Assembly: GCA_963702005.1 (NCBI GenBank)
Contig: OY969696.1
Span: 1,696,001 to 1,760,000 of the forward strand
Reading direction: 5' to 3'
DNA: 64,000 bases
Origin: Candidatus Aminicenantes bacterium
GTDB taxonomy: Bacteria; Acidobacteriota; Aminicenantia; Aminicenantales; JAFGBC01
The position numbers and the translations under genes are program-made. How positions within the stretch are numbered: the first letter of the stretch is position 1; every line of letters starts with the position of its first letter. Of this stretch, positions 1 to 9,748 are shown in pieces. The notes beneath the pieces were generated by a model, which worked only from the letters and a program-made list of their open reading frames with translations, searched no databases and had not been told where the DNA came from.

Positions 1-841
1 GCATCTGGGCCAGGTTGGTCTCGACGAAGCTCCGCGGATCGTCCACGATGTCGTGAAAAAGCCCGTCCGTTCGCTGGCGGGCGAGGCATCCGTCGATGAC
101 GTCTTTGATATAGCCCGCCAGCTTGCGTTTGTCTTTGGCCATGGCGCCGGGCAGGGCGTTCGCGACCCGCGTCATGCCGGCCGCGGCCCAGCCGTTCCCG
201 ACGCCCCAGAAGGCCTTGCGCTCGAAATCGCTCCGGCCGTCGTCCCAGATGTGTGAGAAGAGCTTCGCCGCCGGGTTCCAGAGGAGGTGCCGAAATCCTT
301 CGACCTGTTTGACGGCCTCGTCGGGCCGGCCGGCGACGGCCAGAAAGGGCGGGGCCATGTACATGGAGTCGATCCAGACCTGGGATTTGTCGTCGATGTG
401 ATGGAGGGTTCCGTCCTTGGTCTTGGGGGCCTTATGGATCAGGTAGTCCAGCATCTTGTCCGCTCCGGCCTTGAGCTTGGGATCGCCGGTGAGTTTGGCG
501 GCGAGGAGCACGGCCTCTCCGTTCGCAGCCGGGTCCGTAACGCCGTGGTTGTCGCAGATCTGGCCCAGCCGGCCGTCGTCCCATTGGCGAAGGACCGCCT
601 CGTTGGCCATGAGGATGACGAGGTCCGTATCGCCCCTTTCGAGAAGGGCTTGGGCCGCGACGCCCTGCTCCCAGGCATGGCGCTGCATCGAAAGCATGGC
701 CTGGCGGACTTTGAGACAGGTCGCCTCAATATCAGTCTCCGCTTCCCTCGATCTGTCCCGTGACTCGGGCTTTAACAGCATCGATGCTCCAGCCGCCGAG
801 CCGGCCGCGAAACCCCGCTTTATGAATTGGCGTCTGTCCAT
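1..841 (-). CDS. Tat-exported glycoside hydrolase family 105/88 (unsaturated glycuronyl hydrolase-like), 3' end outside window
   Basis: Not in ORF track because it runs off the edge. Manual translation from ATG 841 after GGAGGAG RBS: MDRRQFIK (twin-Arg) ... QVWIDSMYMAPPFLA ... FWGVGNGWAAAG ... DGLFHDIVDD..ETN, typical GH105/GH88 motifs. Confidence 0.85.
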   Translation of the reverse strand, partial: MDRRQFIKRGFAAGSAAGASMLLKPESRDRSREAETDIEATCLKVRQAMLSMQRHAWEQGVAAQALLERGDTDLVILMANEAVLRQWDDGRLGQICDNHGVTDPAANGEAVLLAAKLTGDPKLKAGADKMLDYLIHKAPKTKDGTLHHIDDKSQVWIDSMYMAPPFLAVAGRPDEAVKQVEGFRHLLWNPAAKLFSHIWDDGRSDFERKAFWGVGNGWAAAGMTRVANALPGAMAKDKRKLAGYIKDVIDGCLARQRTDGLFHDIVDDPRSFVETNLAQM

Positions 842-873
842 GGCTCCTCCTCGTCGCCGAATTCTTATGACGC

Positions 874-2301
874 TCAGCGGATGCCGACGGTTCCCCGGAC
901 GGCCTCGATCAACTTGGCCGAGTCGTAGCCGATTCCATTCTTGAAGACGATTTCGACCTTTTCGATGTCGGCGATCGTCTGAACCGGATTGCCTTTGATC
1001 AGCACCATATCCGCCTGCTTACCGGCGGCCAGGGTTCCGATCCGGTCCAGTTCGCCCAGATACAGCGCGCCGTTGTACGTTGCGATCTTGATGGCCTCGA
1101 CCGGAGTGAATCCCGCCTCGACCAGGAGCTCCACTTCGCGCTGGTCGCCGAAGCCCGGCACGACTCCGCCGTAGCCGGTCGGGTCGGGTCCCGCGATGAG
1201 CAGCCCTCCTGCCTTGACGAAGGCCAGCTCGAACTCCATCTCTTTCTTGAGCAGGGCGGGCATGGGGGGATCTTTAAGCTCGCCCACGCGCGCCCTCTGG
1301 GTGAGGTAGAGAATCCTCGTTTCCGGCGCCATGGCGTCCAGGACGCACTGTTGAAGCGGGGGCCGGCCGGGCACGGAGATCTCAAAGACCGGCAGCGTCG
1401 AGGTCACGGCCACCTTGTGGGCCACGAGCTCTCGGATCGTCCCTTGGACTTGCGGGTCGGCGATGTCCAGCTTGAGAAGCGTGTCCCGTGCCTCCCGCGA
1501 AGGAGGGCAGCTGTCAGGCTTTTTCCCGGGGACGAACTCCGTGTCCACTAAAATTCCATGCTCCAGGTCGTCGATGCCGAGAGCCGCGGCTTCGCGGAAA
1601 CCGATCGAGCACAGATGGCCCGTGATTTTCTTGCCGCGCTTGTGGGCTTCTTCGATGGCAGCCGCCAGCTCGGCCCGGGTGATATTTGTGTAGGCTTTGA
1701 AGTCGTCCACGCCCTGGTCCGCCCAGTATTGGACCATCCGGCGCGCCTCCTCCGGATCGCCGAGTTCGTGCATCTGCAACGTGAAAGCCCCCGGGCCCTC
1801 CAGGTAGGGACTGGTGACGTGGATCTTAGGGCCCGGCGCCCGGCCTTCATCGATGGCCTTCTTCAAGTTGAGTTCCGTGAACGGCTCCAGGCTTCCGGTC
1901 GTGCGGATGGTCGTCGCGCCGCAGGCCAAGTACAGCCGCGGAGCGCTGAACTCCAGCGTGTTGTAGTGGGCGGGGCCGGCGGGATAGAAGATGTGATCAT
2001 GCATGCCCACCAAACCGGGGATAACGGAGTAATCCCGCATCTCCATGACCTTGGCGTCCGGCGGAACCGGGACCGCCGCCGCATCCCCGATCGCCCGGAT
2101 TTGGCCCCCTGAAACGATTATGGTCTGGTCTTCGCGCGCCGGGGCGCCGGTCCCGTCGATCACCCGGACATGGGTCAGTGCGATCAGGGGGGCATCGACG
2201 GCAACAAAGGCTTGAACGGCGGGCGACAGCGCCGCAGGGGTTTGAGCCTGGGGAGCGAATAATGTCAGGATAAAGGGGACGATTAAAAACATTTTACGCA
2301 A
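874..2301 (-). CDS. Secreted amidohydrolase family protein
   Basis: Signal peptide; PGLVGMHDH, KAY, GH, LEHG, GPD metal-site motifs; GTLAAGKQADMVLIKGNP C-terminal signature; TTG start after GGAGGT. Confidence 0.85.
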   Translation of the reverse strand: MRKMFLIVPFILTLFAPQAQTPAALSPAVQAFVAVDAPLIALTHVRVIDGTGAPAREDQTIIVSGGQIRAIGDAAAVPVPPDAKVMEMRDYSVIPGLVGMHDHIFYPAGPAHYNTLEFSAPRLYLACGATTIRTTGSLEPFTELNLKKAIDEGRAPGPKIHVTSPYLEGPGAFTLQMHELGDPEEARRMVQYWADQGVDDFKAYTNITRAELAAAIEEAHKRGKKITGHLCSIGFREAAALGIDDLEHGILVDTEFVPGKKPDSCPPSREARDTLLKLDIADPQVQGTIRELVAHKVAVTSTLPVFEISVPGRPPLQQCVLDAMAPETRILYLTQRARVGELKDPPMPALLKKEMEFELAFVKAGGLLIAGPDPTGYGGVVPGFGDQREVELLVEAGFTPVEAIKIATYNGALYLGELDRIGTLAAGKQADMVLIKGNPVQTIADIEKVEIVFKNGIGYDSAKLIEAVRGTVGIR

Positions 2302-2316
2302 AGGGCACCTCCCTTT

Positions 2317-4458
2317 TTATTTAATGAAGCCTTTTCGCCGCAGAAGCGCGTCGACCTTGGGCTCGCGACCCCGGAAGCGCTTGTAGAGGACCATGGGATC
2401 CTCGCTGCCGCCCTTGGAGAGGATGTTCGTCCGGAACGAAAGGGCCGTGGCCGGGTCGAACAGGCTCGTCTCCTTGAAGGCCTCGAAGGCGTCCGCGTCC
2501 AGGACCTCGGACCAGATGTAGCTGTAATATCCGGCCTCGTAGCCTCCGGAGAAGATATGCCGGAAATAAGGGCTCCGGTAGCGGACCACGATCTCGGGGA
2601 TGAGGCCGATTTTTTTCATGGCGTCGGCTTCGAAGGTCAGCGGGTCCCGTTCGGCCGGATCGGAGAGCGTGTGCCAATCCATATCCAGATAGCAGGCGGC
2701 CATGTACTCGACGGTGGCGAAGCCCTGATTGAAAAGGCCGGCCCGCTTGATCTTGGCCAGGAGCTCGTCGGGGATGGGCTCGCCGGTCCGGTAGTGGCGC
2801 GCATAGGACTTGATGACGTCCGACTGCTGGGCCCAGTTCTCCATGATCTGCGAGGGGAGCTCCACGAAATCGCTCGGAACCGAGGTGCCCGACAGCCTTT
2901 CGTAGGTGCATCGGGAGAGAAGCCCGTGAAGACCGTGGCCGAACTCATGGAAGAGGGACAGGGCGTCCTCGAAGCTGATGAGGGAGGGAAGGTCGCCGGT
3001 CGGCCGCGAGAAATTCCCGTTGCTGGTGACGAGGGGCGTCACGAATTTCCCACCCCGCGCGGACTGCTGGCGGAGCTCGTTCATCCAGGCCCCGCCCACC
3101 TTGCTCGACCGGGGAAAATAGTCCGTGTAGAGGACCCCGACGTGGCGGCCGTCGGCCTCCTGGACCTCGAAGACCTTGACCTCGGGATTGTAGACGGGGA
3201 TATCGGTCCGTTCGATGAACTTCAGGCCCCAGAGCTTCCCGGCCACGGCGAACGCGCCGTCCCGCACGTTCTCGAGCTTGAAGTAGGGCCGGAGGGCCTC
3301 GTCGTCGAGGTCGTACTTGGCCTTTTTAACCTTTTCGGCGTAATACCACCAGTCCCAGGGCTCGAGCTTGAAGTCCTTGCCGTCTTTCCGGATCATCTCC
3401 TGGAGGTCCCGGGCTTCCTTCTTGGCCATGGCCAGGGCGGGCGGCCAGAGTTGATCGAGGAGCTTGGCGACGCCGGCGGGCGTCTTGGCCATGTTCTCCT
3501 CGAGGACGAAATCGGCGTAGGTTTTATAGCCGAGAAGCCCGGCTTTCTTGACGCGAAGCGACGCGATCTTGGCCAGGATCGCTTTATTGTCGAATTTGTT
3601 GTTGTTGTCGCCGCGGTGGATATAAGCCTTGAAGAGCTTCTCGCGCAGGTCGCGTTTCTCAGAGTAGGTCAGGAAGGGGATCAGGCTCGGCTTATGGAGG
3701 GTGAAAACCCATTGACCGACAAGACCTTTCTCGCCGGCGGCGTCGACGGCCGCCGCGACCACGGCGTCGGGGAGGCCGGCCAGATCCTCCTTTTTATCGA
3801 TGGCGAGGAAAAAGCCGTTGTCCTCCTTGAGGACGTTCTCGTCGAACCGTAAGGACAGGACGGCCAGTTCTTTGTTGATCTCCCGGAGCTCGGCTTTCTT
3901 GGTTTCATCGAGGTTGGCTCCGCCCCGTATAAAGTCCTTGTAGGTCTTATCGAGGAGTGTCGCCTGCTCGGGGCTGAGGCCCAATTCGTCTTTATGTCCG
4001 TAGATGGCCTTGACCCGGCCGAAGAGCTTCGCGTTGAGCAGGATGTCGTCCTGGAGCTGGGAGAGGAGGGGAGCGACCTCCTGAGCGATAGCTTGCATCC
4101 GGTCGTTCGTTTCAGCCGACATCAGGGGGTTGAAGACATTGTTGACGCGATTGAGAAGGCTCCCGCTCGCCTCGAGGGCTTCGACCGTGTTGGCGAAGGT
4201 CGCGGCCTCGGAATTATTGACGACGGCTTCGATCTCACGGCGCTCGTCCTCGATTCCCTTTTTATATGCCGGCAGGTAATGGTCGTCCTTGATCTTGTCG
4301 AAGGGCGGGGTCCCGAAGGGCGTCGTCCAGGCGGCGAGCAGGGGATTTTCTTCCCGGGGCTGAGTTGCCTTAGTCTCTTTGATCGTGCATCCGGGGAAGA
4401 GGACAAGGATCGAAAGGGCCGTCAGGATTGTCAGGATCGGAAGGGTTGTCCGTTTCAT
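2317..4458 (-). CDS. dcp: M3 family metallopeptidase (peptidyl-dipeptidase Dcp-like), probable lipoprotein
   Basis: FHEFGHGLH zinc motif, DFVELPSQIMENW, GYYSYIWSEVLDAD; LFPGC lipobox-like; start moved to ATG 4458 downstream of GGAGGTG. Confidence 0.9.
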   Translation of the reverse strand: MKRTTLPILTILTALSILVLFPGCTIKETKATQPREENPLLAAWTTPFGTPPFDKIKDDHYLPAYKKGIEDERREIEAVVNNSEAATFANTVEALEASGSLLNRVNNVFNPLMSAETNDRMQAIAQEVAPLLSQLQDDILLNAKLFGRVKAIYGHKDELGLSPEQATLLDKTYKDFIRGGANLDETKKAELREINKELAVLSLRFDENVLKEDNGFFLAIDKKEDLAGLPDAVVAAAVDAAGEKGLVGQWVFTLHKPSLIPFLTYSEKRDLREKLFKAYIHRGDNNNKFDNKAILAKIASLRVKKAGLLGYKTYADFVLEENMAKTPAGVAKLLDQLWPPALAMAKKEARDLQEMIRKDGKDFKLEPWDWWYYAEKVKKAKYDLDDEALRPYFKLENVRDGAFAVAGKLWGLKFIERTDIPVYNPEVKVFEVQEADGRHVGVLYTDYFPRSSKVGGAWMNELRQQSARGGKFVTPLVTSNGNFSRPTGDLPSLISFEDALSLFHEFGHGLHGLLSRCTYERLSGTSVPSDFVELPSQIMENWAQQSDVIKSYARHYRTGEPIPDELLAKIKRAGLFNQGFATVEYMAACYLDMDWHTLSDPAERDPLTFEADAMKKIGLIPEIVVRYRSPYFRHIFSGGYEAGYYSYIWSEVLDADAFEAFKETSLFDPATALSFRTNILSKGGSEDPMVLYKRFRGREPKVDALLRRKGFIK

Positions 4459-4677
4459 GAGCATCACCTCCATGGCGTCGGAAGCCGCTATTGTTCCTCA
4501 GATCGGAGCTTTTTTCAAGGGCAGGCCGCGTTTGATGATGGCTTACGTTTGACTTTGTCATGTTACGGTTCTAAGATTTCATAGAAAGAACGAGGGAAAA
4601 TTAGCGAGCGAAACGGCCCGTAAGAACGGCATCACTAAGAATTTTCTAGCGGCGAGATATCGTATTAGGAGCAAGCT

Positions 4678-5292
4678 GTGCATCTAGTCGATCAAAGGCT
4701 ATTGGGAATAGCCATTCTTGTTTTGTTGGTCATGCTTGTCATCGTCAAACGAACGGCTACGGGTTCCATCCTGGACAAGCCCCAAGGCAGCTTTATGGTT
4801 CGGCTCGTCAATATCTTCAACCTTTTTTTCTTACTGGTTGTGAATCCCTTGGCCGCGATATTTCTGTTCACTCGCCGGCTCGAGACGATCGATCCAATCC
4901 ACATGACTATTGAGCTGCCATGGATTTTAATGGTTTTAGAAATCGCAGGGTTGGCAATGTATTTAACAGGGTTTCTCCTCATGGCCTGGGCATTGATAAG
5001 GCTGGGCCGCAACTACCAACTAGGGGGAAGCACTCCTCGATCTGAAGATGAAATGATCAGGGACGGACCCTACAGGCTCGTCAGGCATCCTATGTATACG
5101 GCGGCGTTGAGCATTTCCCTGGGACTTACCTGCCTGATCCAGTCTTGGGCTTTCTTTGGCGTATTTTGCATCTATCTTGCGTTGATCCTCCCCCTGATTG
5201 CCATGGAGGAAGACGGGTTGCAGAAAGCCTACGGCGAGCGGTATGATGCTTACCGCCGTAAAACAAAAAGAATCATTCCCTTTGTTTACTGA
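4678..5292 (+). CDS. Isoprenylcysteine carboxylmethyltransferase (ICMT/PEMT)-family membrane protein
   Basis: Hydrophobic; GPYRLVRHPMY and EE..L...YGERY..Y signature. Confidence 0.85.
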   Translation: MHLVDQRLLGIAILVLLVMLVIVKRTATGSILDKPQGSFMVRLVNIFNLFFLLVVNPLAAIFLFTRRLETIDPIHMTIELPWILMVLEIAGLAMYLTGFLLMAWALIRLGRNYQLGGSTPRSEDEMIRDGPYRLVRHPMYTAALSISLGLTCLIQSWAFFGVFCIYLALILPLIAMEEDGLQKAYGERYDAYRRKTKRIIPFVY

Positions 5293-5323
5293 TTCGGATG
5301 GATGTCGTCGCGGGAGATAAGAT

Positions 5324-5611
5324 ATGTCGTTTAGAAACCTGAAGATTACCTGTGTCAAAGCTGAGGGAAAATGCAGCCGAACCTCCGTGGGCGCGACTTT
5401 CTACATCAGAAATGCAAAATTGGAAATCCCGCCGGGGGAAAGCGTTTGTATTTTCGCCCTGGGGAGTCTCTTGCAGCCTATCACGGGGGCGATTATCAAA
5501 AACAAGAGGGGAGAGGGCCTTTTGGATATCTTGGCGGAATGGCAGTGTCCCGATCCTTTGGCCAAAATCATCTTTAAGATTGAAGAGGAGAAATCTTTTC
5601 CCAAGACTTAA
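5324..5611 (+). CDS. TIGR04076-like small Cys-containing protein
   Basis: GKC...VG..F, CIFAL, CPDP pattern; RBS GGGAG. Confidence 0.7.
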   Translation: MSFRNLKITCVKAEGKCSRTSVGATFYIRNAKLEIPPGESVCIFALGSLLQPITGAIIKNKRGEGLLDILAEWQCPDPLAKIIFKIEEEKSFPKT

Positions 5612-5653
5612 GAATGAAGATGCGCCGCTTGTTCGTGATATTGTGAATAGCGC

Positions 5654-6178
5654 ATGAATGAAACCGCGATTCGGGCGCTCGTCGGCGATCTCAGCCGCGC
5701 CTGGAACGATCGAGATCTTGATCGGTTCATCGGCTTTCTGGACGAGTCTGTCGTTTGGGATGATCCCGCCCTGCTCATGGGTCCGGCCATCGGGCGGACG
5801 GGCGTCCGGAGATTCGCCGAGAGCCTATTGAGGGCTTTCCCGGACTTCTCATACTCGATAAGAGAGCCGATCTGCATCGCCCCGTCCTGCGAGCGCTGCA
5901 TCGTGCCCTGGGAGATCACCGCCACGCACACGGGCTCCTTCGATCCCCCCGGTTTTGCCCCCACGAATCAAACTATAAAAATTCAGGGAACGGATGTGCT
6001 CGAGCTGAAAGGCTTGAAAATCACCAGGATAGATACGTATTTCAACGTGATAAAGGCGGCGGAGCAGGCGTTGCGGATTCGGCCTTTCCCGAAAGGGGGA
6101 ATGCGCAAGAGGATCATACTCTGGCTCCAAAGGCGCCGGGCCCGCCGGCTTCGGCGCATGACGAAGGTCAAAAAATGA
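5654..6178 (+). CDS. SnoaL-like / ester cyclase (NTF2 fold) protein
   Basis: AWNDRDLD, AFPDF, W..TATHTG..PTN..I.I.G.D motifs. Confidence 0.75.
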   Translation: MNETAIRALVGDLSRAWNDRDLDRFIGFLDESVVWDDPALLMGPAIGRTGVRRFAESLLRAFPDFSYSIREPICIAPSCERCIVPWEITATHTGSFDPPGFAPTNQTIKIQGTDVLELKGLKITRIDTYFNVIKAAEQALRIRPFPKGGMRKRIILWLQRRRARRLRRMTKVKK

Positions 6179-6663
6179 ATGCGCTGGCCGGGAGAAATGA
6201 GATGCCCCAAACCATGACTCTAAAACCCGTCGGTCACGTCGTTTCCTCCGTTGAGAATATGGTGGATGAAGAATGGGGCAGCGTAATCTCAAAGATAGTT
6301 CTTCTCCCGGAATATGCGGGGGGACTTGACGGCCTCGACGGGTTTTCACATGCCATCGTCGTAACATATCTGCACAAGGCGAAATATGATCGGTCCCTGC
6401 ATTTGAAAAGACGTCCCCGAGGGCTCGAAAGCATGCCTTTGGTGGGCATCTTTTCGCAGAGAGCCAAAGACCGCCCCAACCCCATCGGCATAACAGCTGT
6501 GAAATTGGTCCGGGTCGGGGCTGAATATCTTGAAGTGCAGGGCCTGGATGCGATCAACGGAACGCCCGTTTTGGACATAAAGCCGTACTTTCCTCAATAT
6601 GACAGAATCGCCGTGCCCCGGACTCCGGAATGGGTGGACGAACTCATGAAAGGCTATTTTTAA
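6175..6663 (+). CDS. tsaA: TrmO/TsaA-family SAM-dependent tRNA methyltransferase-like protein
   Basis: GLDGLDGFSH, GIFSQRAKDRPNPIG, GLDAINGTPVLDIKPY motifs; ATGA overlap with upstream gene. Confidence 0.85.
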   Translation: MNALAGRNEMPQTMTLKPVGHVVSSVENMVDEEWGSVISKIVLLPEYAGGLDGLDGFSHAIVVTYLHKAKYDRSLHLKRRPRGLESMPLVGIFSQRAKDRPNPIGITAVKLVRVGAEYLEVQGLDAINGTPVLDIKPYFPQYDRIAVPRTPEWVDELMKGYF

Positions 6664-6686
6664 TCGGACCCGAAGGGCAGAAAGAA

Positions 6687-7754
6687 ATGGGGAAAAGGAA
6701 ACGCTTGCTCCGCTTGTTCGTTGGCCTGGTGGGCCTTGGGTTGGTCGGGTTTGCGCTGGTGGTCATTGAGTTTATTCTCATGCGCGGTGACACGCCCAAG
6801 ATAGGCGGTGTCCGAAGCATCGCGTCGCTGGAGAAGATCGATCTGGGCGGGGCCGCACAGTGGGTGCTCATTCGAGGTTATGACTCTACAAAGCCCGTCA
6901 TTCTCTTTCTTCATGGGGGTCCGGGGATGCCCGCCATGTTCCTGGCGCACGCCTGCCAATCGGGCCTGGAACGCGATTTCGTCGTCGTGCACTGGGATCG
7001 ACGCGGGGCGGGCAAGTCCTTCAAAGCCGCTCGTAAGGGGGGATCCTTGACCGTCAGCCGGACGCTTGAGGATACTTACGAACTCACTCGCCTTCTCCGC
7101 GAACGCTTCGGCCGGAAGCGCATCTATCTGGTCGGTCATTCGTGGGGAAGTTATCTTGGGCTCCACGCTATTCGCGATCACCCCGAATATTTCGATGCGT
7201 TCATTGGTATGGGACAGCTCGCCGGGACCCTGGCCGAGGTCCGCGAGATCCGGCGCGAGTTCATCGCCCGCGCGGCAAGGGAAGCGGGTGATCGGGAGTT
7301 CTCCTCCCGGCTCCTGAACAGAGACGTTGAGGTGAATGAGAATGACCTCTTTCGGTACGGAGGGGAATTGTATGGCGCTCGGAACTTTTGGCCGATCTTG
7401 AGAACGGGCCTTTTCGCCCCGGAATACACGCTATGGGATGCCCTGAACGTTAAAAGGGGGGTGGATCTTGTAAACCGTGAAATGAACTATGATGTGCTTC
7501 CGAAAATGTTCGAAGGAGAGATTCCCGGCTTTAATGTGCCGATTTTCTTCTTCCTGGGACGGCGCGACTTCAACACTCCATCCCAGCTGGCGGCAGCCTA
7601 CTTGGATCGGCTGGACGCTCCCCTTAAGGGCCTCGTTTGGTTTGAAAAATCGGCACACTTCCCGTTCTTCGAGGAGCCTGATCGATTCCATGTAGAAATG
7701 GTCCGGCTCGATAAGACCGTTAGCGAGTTTTGGGCCGGCCGTTCCGACCGGTGA
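6687..7754 (+). CDS. Alpha/beta hydrolase (proline iminopeptidase-like), N-terminal membrane anchor
   Basis: LHGGPG, WDRRGAGKS, GHSWG nucleophile elbow, D..TP, SAHFP. Confidence 0.85.
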   Translation: MGKRKRLLRLFVGLVGLGLVGFALVVIEFILMRGDTPKIGGVRSIASLEKIDLGGAAQWVLIRGYDSTKPVILFLHGGPGMPAMFLAHACQSGLERDFVVVHWDRRGAGKSFKAARKGGSLTVSRTLEDTYELTRLLRERFGRKRIYLVGHSWGSYLGLHAIRDHPEYFDAFIGMGQLAGTLAEVREIRREFIARAAREAGDREFSSRLLNRDVEVNENDLFRYGGELYGARNFWPILRTGLFAPEYTLWDALNVKRGVDLVNREMNYDVLPKMFEGEIPGFNVPIFFFLGRRDFNTPSQLAAAYLDRLDAPLKGLVWFEKSAHFPFFEEPDRFHVEMVRLDKTVSEFWAGRSDR

Positions 7755-7813
7755 GTCTGCGCTGTTGACGACCAAAAAGATCTGATCCCGCTCTTGGATA
7801 GGAGAAAACGTAC

Positions 7814-8185
7814 ATGATAAAAGTCGTGAATATCGAGAGATGTTTCAGCCGATTCAGCGATACGTTCTCGCCCAAGATCGTGGCGGAGCTCAACGGCCAG
7901 CATGTCAAACTCGTCCGGGCCGAGGGCGACAAGGTCCCTTGGCATACCCATGAGGTCGAGGATGAGTTGTTCCTGGTGCTCGACGGATCGCTCGAAGTCC
8001 ATGAGAGAGGCGGCTCGGTGCGCTTGAATCGGGGAGAATTCTGCGTGGTAGGGCGGGGCATTGAGCATAAAGTCGTTCCCATCGGTAAGGTTAAGCTGCT
8101 CCTGTTCGAGCCGGCGGGCATTGCTCACACGGGCAAGGTGCGTTCCGAAATCACCAAGGACCACTACGATCGCCTTGAGACTTAG
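7814..8185 (+). CDS. Cupin domain protein
   Basis: WHTHEVEDELFLVLDG ... GEFCVV.RGIEH cupin motifs; RBS AGGAG. Confidence 0.85.
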   Translation: MIKVVNIERCFSRFSDTFSPKIVAELNGQHVKLVRAEGDKVPWHTHEVEDELFLVLDGSLEVHERGGSVRLNRGEFCVVGRGIEHKVVPIGKVKLLLFEPAGIAHTGKVRSEITKDHYDRLET

Positions 8186-8197
8186 GAGAAAGACTTT

Positions 8198-8779
8198 TTG
8201 AAATACCCCATAAACGAGGTTGCCGCGTTCGTCGCCAAACATGCCGGCCGGGAGCGGTCTACGACCGTCAAAATAGTTTCCCTCATCCTGGGCTCCTTTC
8301 TTTTCTTTTTCCTTGCGCCCATCGCATTGGGTTTGATAGGTCGTGCGATCGCAAAGTACATGCCGATTCATCTTCCGGGAATCGTCGAAGTGTCAATAGG
8401 TCTAGCCGGCATTTCAGGCGGCCTCGCCTTTCTTCTCTGGTCCGTCTCGACATTTTGGCGCGTCGGCCGCGGCACGCCCGTTCCGATGGCCTCACCAGTT
8501 AAGTTAGTGACCGTCGGTCCGTTCAAGTACACCCGAAATCCCATCAAGCTGGGGGCTTTCCTGTTCTACTTCGGTCTCGGCGTCATCTGGGACGGTCTTA
8601 TGACGGGCCTGGTTATGGCGGCGATAGCCGTGATGCTGGGCACTCTCTATCATAAGAGCGTCGAGGAAAAGGAATTGGCCTTGAGATTCGGCGACGAATA
8701 CGAGCGGTATCGAAAGCGCACCTCGTTTCTCATCCCTTGGCCTCCGAAAAAAACCAATCCGGCTCGGCAATTTCGCTGA
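8198..8779 (+). CDS. ICMT/PEMT-family membrane methyltransferase
   Basis: GRGTPVP...KLVTVGPFKYTRNP, EEKELALRFGDEYERY. Confidence 0.85.
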   Translation: MKYPINEVAAFVAKHAGRERSTTVKIVSLILGSFLFFFLAPIALGLIGRAIAKYMPIHLPGIVEVSIGLAGISGGLAFLLWSVSTFWRVGRGTPVPMASPVKLVTVGPFKYTRNPIKLGAFLFYFGLGVIWDGLMTGLVMAAIAVMLGTLYHKSVEEKELALRFGDEYERYRKRTSFLIPWPPKKTNPARQFR

Positions 8780-8803
8780 AGCCTCGATATCAGGGAGGGC
8801 GGC

Positions 8804-9364
8804 ATGTTCAACCTTCTCAAGCTAATCGCCTTCGCCGCGCTGTCCGCCGGGCTCCTTTATGTGTCCCGCGCGTCCCTGCGCGCGCCGCGTTCGCACGGCT
8901 TCTATCGTTTCTTCGCCTGGGAACTTATCCTCGCTCTGGCTCTTCTCAACGTTGATATTTGGTTCCGCGCTCCCCTGTCCTGGCATCAGCTTATTTCCTG
9001 GTTCTTGCTTATCGTATCCATCGTCCCGCTCACATTCGGGGTTCGCTCTCTGGTGACCCATGGGAAACCCGTCAAGCATCGGGACGCTGAACCTCAGCTC
9101 TTTGCTATTGAAAAGACCTCCTCGCTGGTGACCACGGGGATCTATCGCTATATCCGTCATCCTCTTTATGCGTCTCTTTTATTCCTGACCTGGGGGGTGT
9201 TTTTCAAGGCTCCCGCCTGGCTCGGAGGGCTGCTGGCGCTGGCGGCGACTTTATTTCTGATCGCCACGGCCAAGGCGGATGAAGCCGAATGCATTCGCTT
9301 CTTCGGTCCATCCTATCAAACCTATATGAAACGGACCAAGATGTTCGTGCCGTTAATATTCTGA
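8804..9364 (+). CDS. ICMT/PEMT-family membrane methyltransferase
   Basis: LVTTGIYRYIRHPLYASL, DEAECIRFFGPSYQTY. Confidence 0.85.
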   Translation: MFNLLKLIAFAALSAGLLYVSRASLRAPRSHGFYRFFAWELILALALLNVDIWFRAPLSWHQLISWFLLIVSIVPLTFGVRSLVTHGKPVKHRDAEPQLFAIEKTSSLVTTGIYRYIRHPLYASLLFLTWGVFFKAPAWLGGLLALAATLFLIATAKADEAECIRFFGPSYQTYMKRTKMFVPLIF

Positions 9365-9501
9365 ACCGCTCCCGGTCGTCGGGTAGCAGGCGAGGGCCTC
9401 CATTTCGGGGAAATATTTCGTCTTCTAAATTGGGATATTATTCGCTCCTCGTCGTCTGTTAAGAAGAAAAGGTTAAAAAGAGAAATCGAGAAAAAGCCTG
9501 T

Positions 9502-9546
9502 TTGACATATCTCTGCTATGCATATAAAATATGTATCGGAGATATG
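9502..9546 (+). promoter_or_regulatory. Sigma70 promoter with overlapping inverted repeats (probable VapBC autoregulatory operator)
   Basis: TTGACA 9502-9507, 17-nt spacer, TAAAAT 9525-9530; CATATCTC/GAGATATG and ATGCATAT/ATATGTAT inverted repeats overlap it. Confidence 0.7.
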
Positions 9547-9547
9547 C

Positions 9548-9748
9548 ATGAGGACCACTTTGAATATTCCCGACGAACTGATGAACGCCCTGATGGCTGA
9601 AACTGGGGAGAGAAACAAAACCCTCCTCATCCGCCGTTCCCTTGAGGATTTACTCCTGAAAATCCGCCGCGAAAATCTGAAGCGTTTGCGGGGAAAAATG
9701 GACTTGGAGGTCGACCTCGAAGCGTTGCGGAAGAAAGATCTCATATGA
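9548..9748 (+). CDS. vapB: VapB antitoxin (type II toxin-antitoxin)
   Basis: MRTTLNIPDELM..LM..TG..NKT RHH-like N-terminus; ATGA overlap with PIN gene. Confidence 0.85.
   Translation: MRTTLNIPDELMNALMAETGERNKTLLIRRSLEDLLLKIRRENLKRLRGKMDLEVDLEALRKKDLI

Noticed and set aside
4678-9500. Intact integron cassette array
   Set aside because: No RYYYAAC...GTTRRRY attC sites seen in the spacers and no integrase
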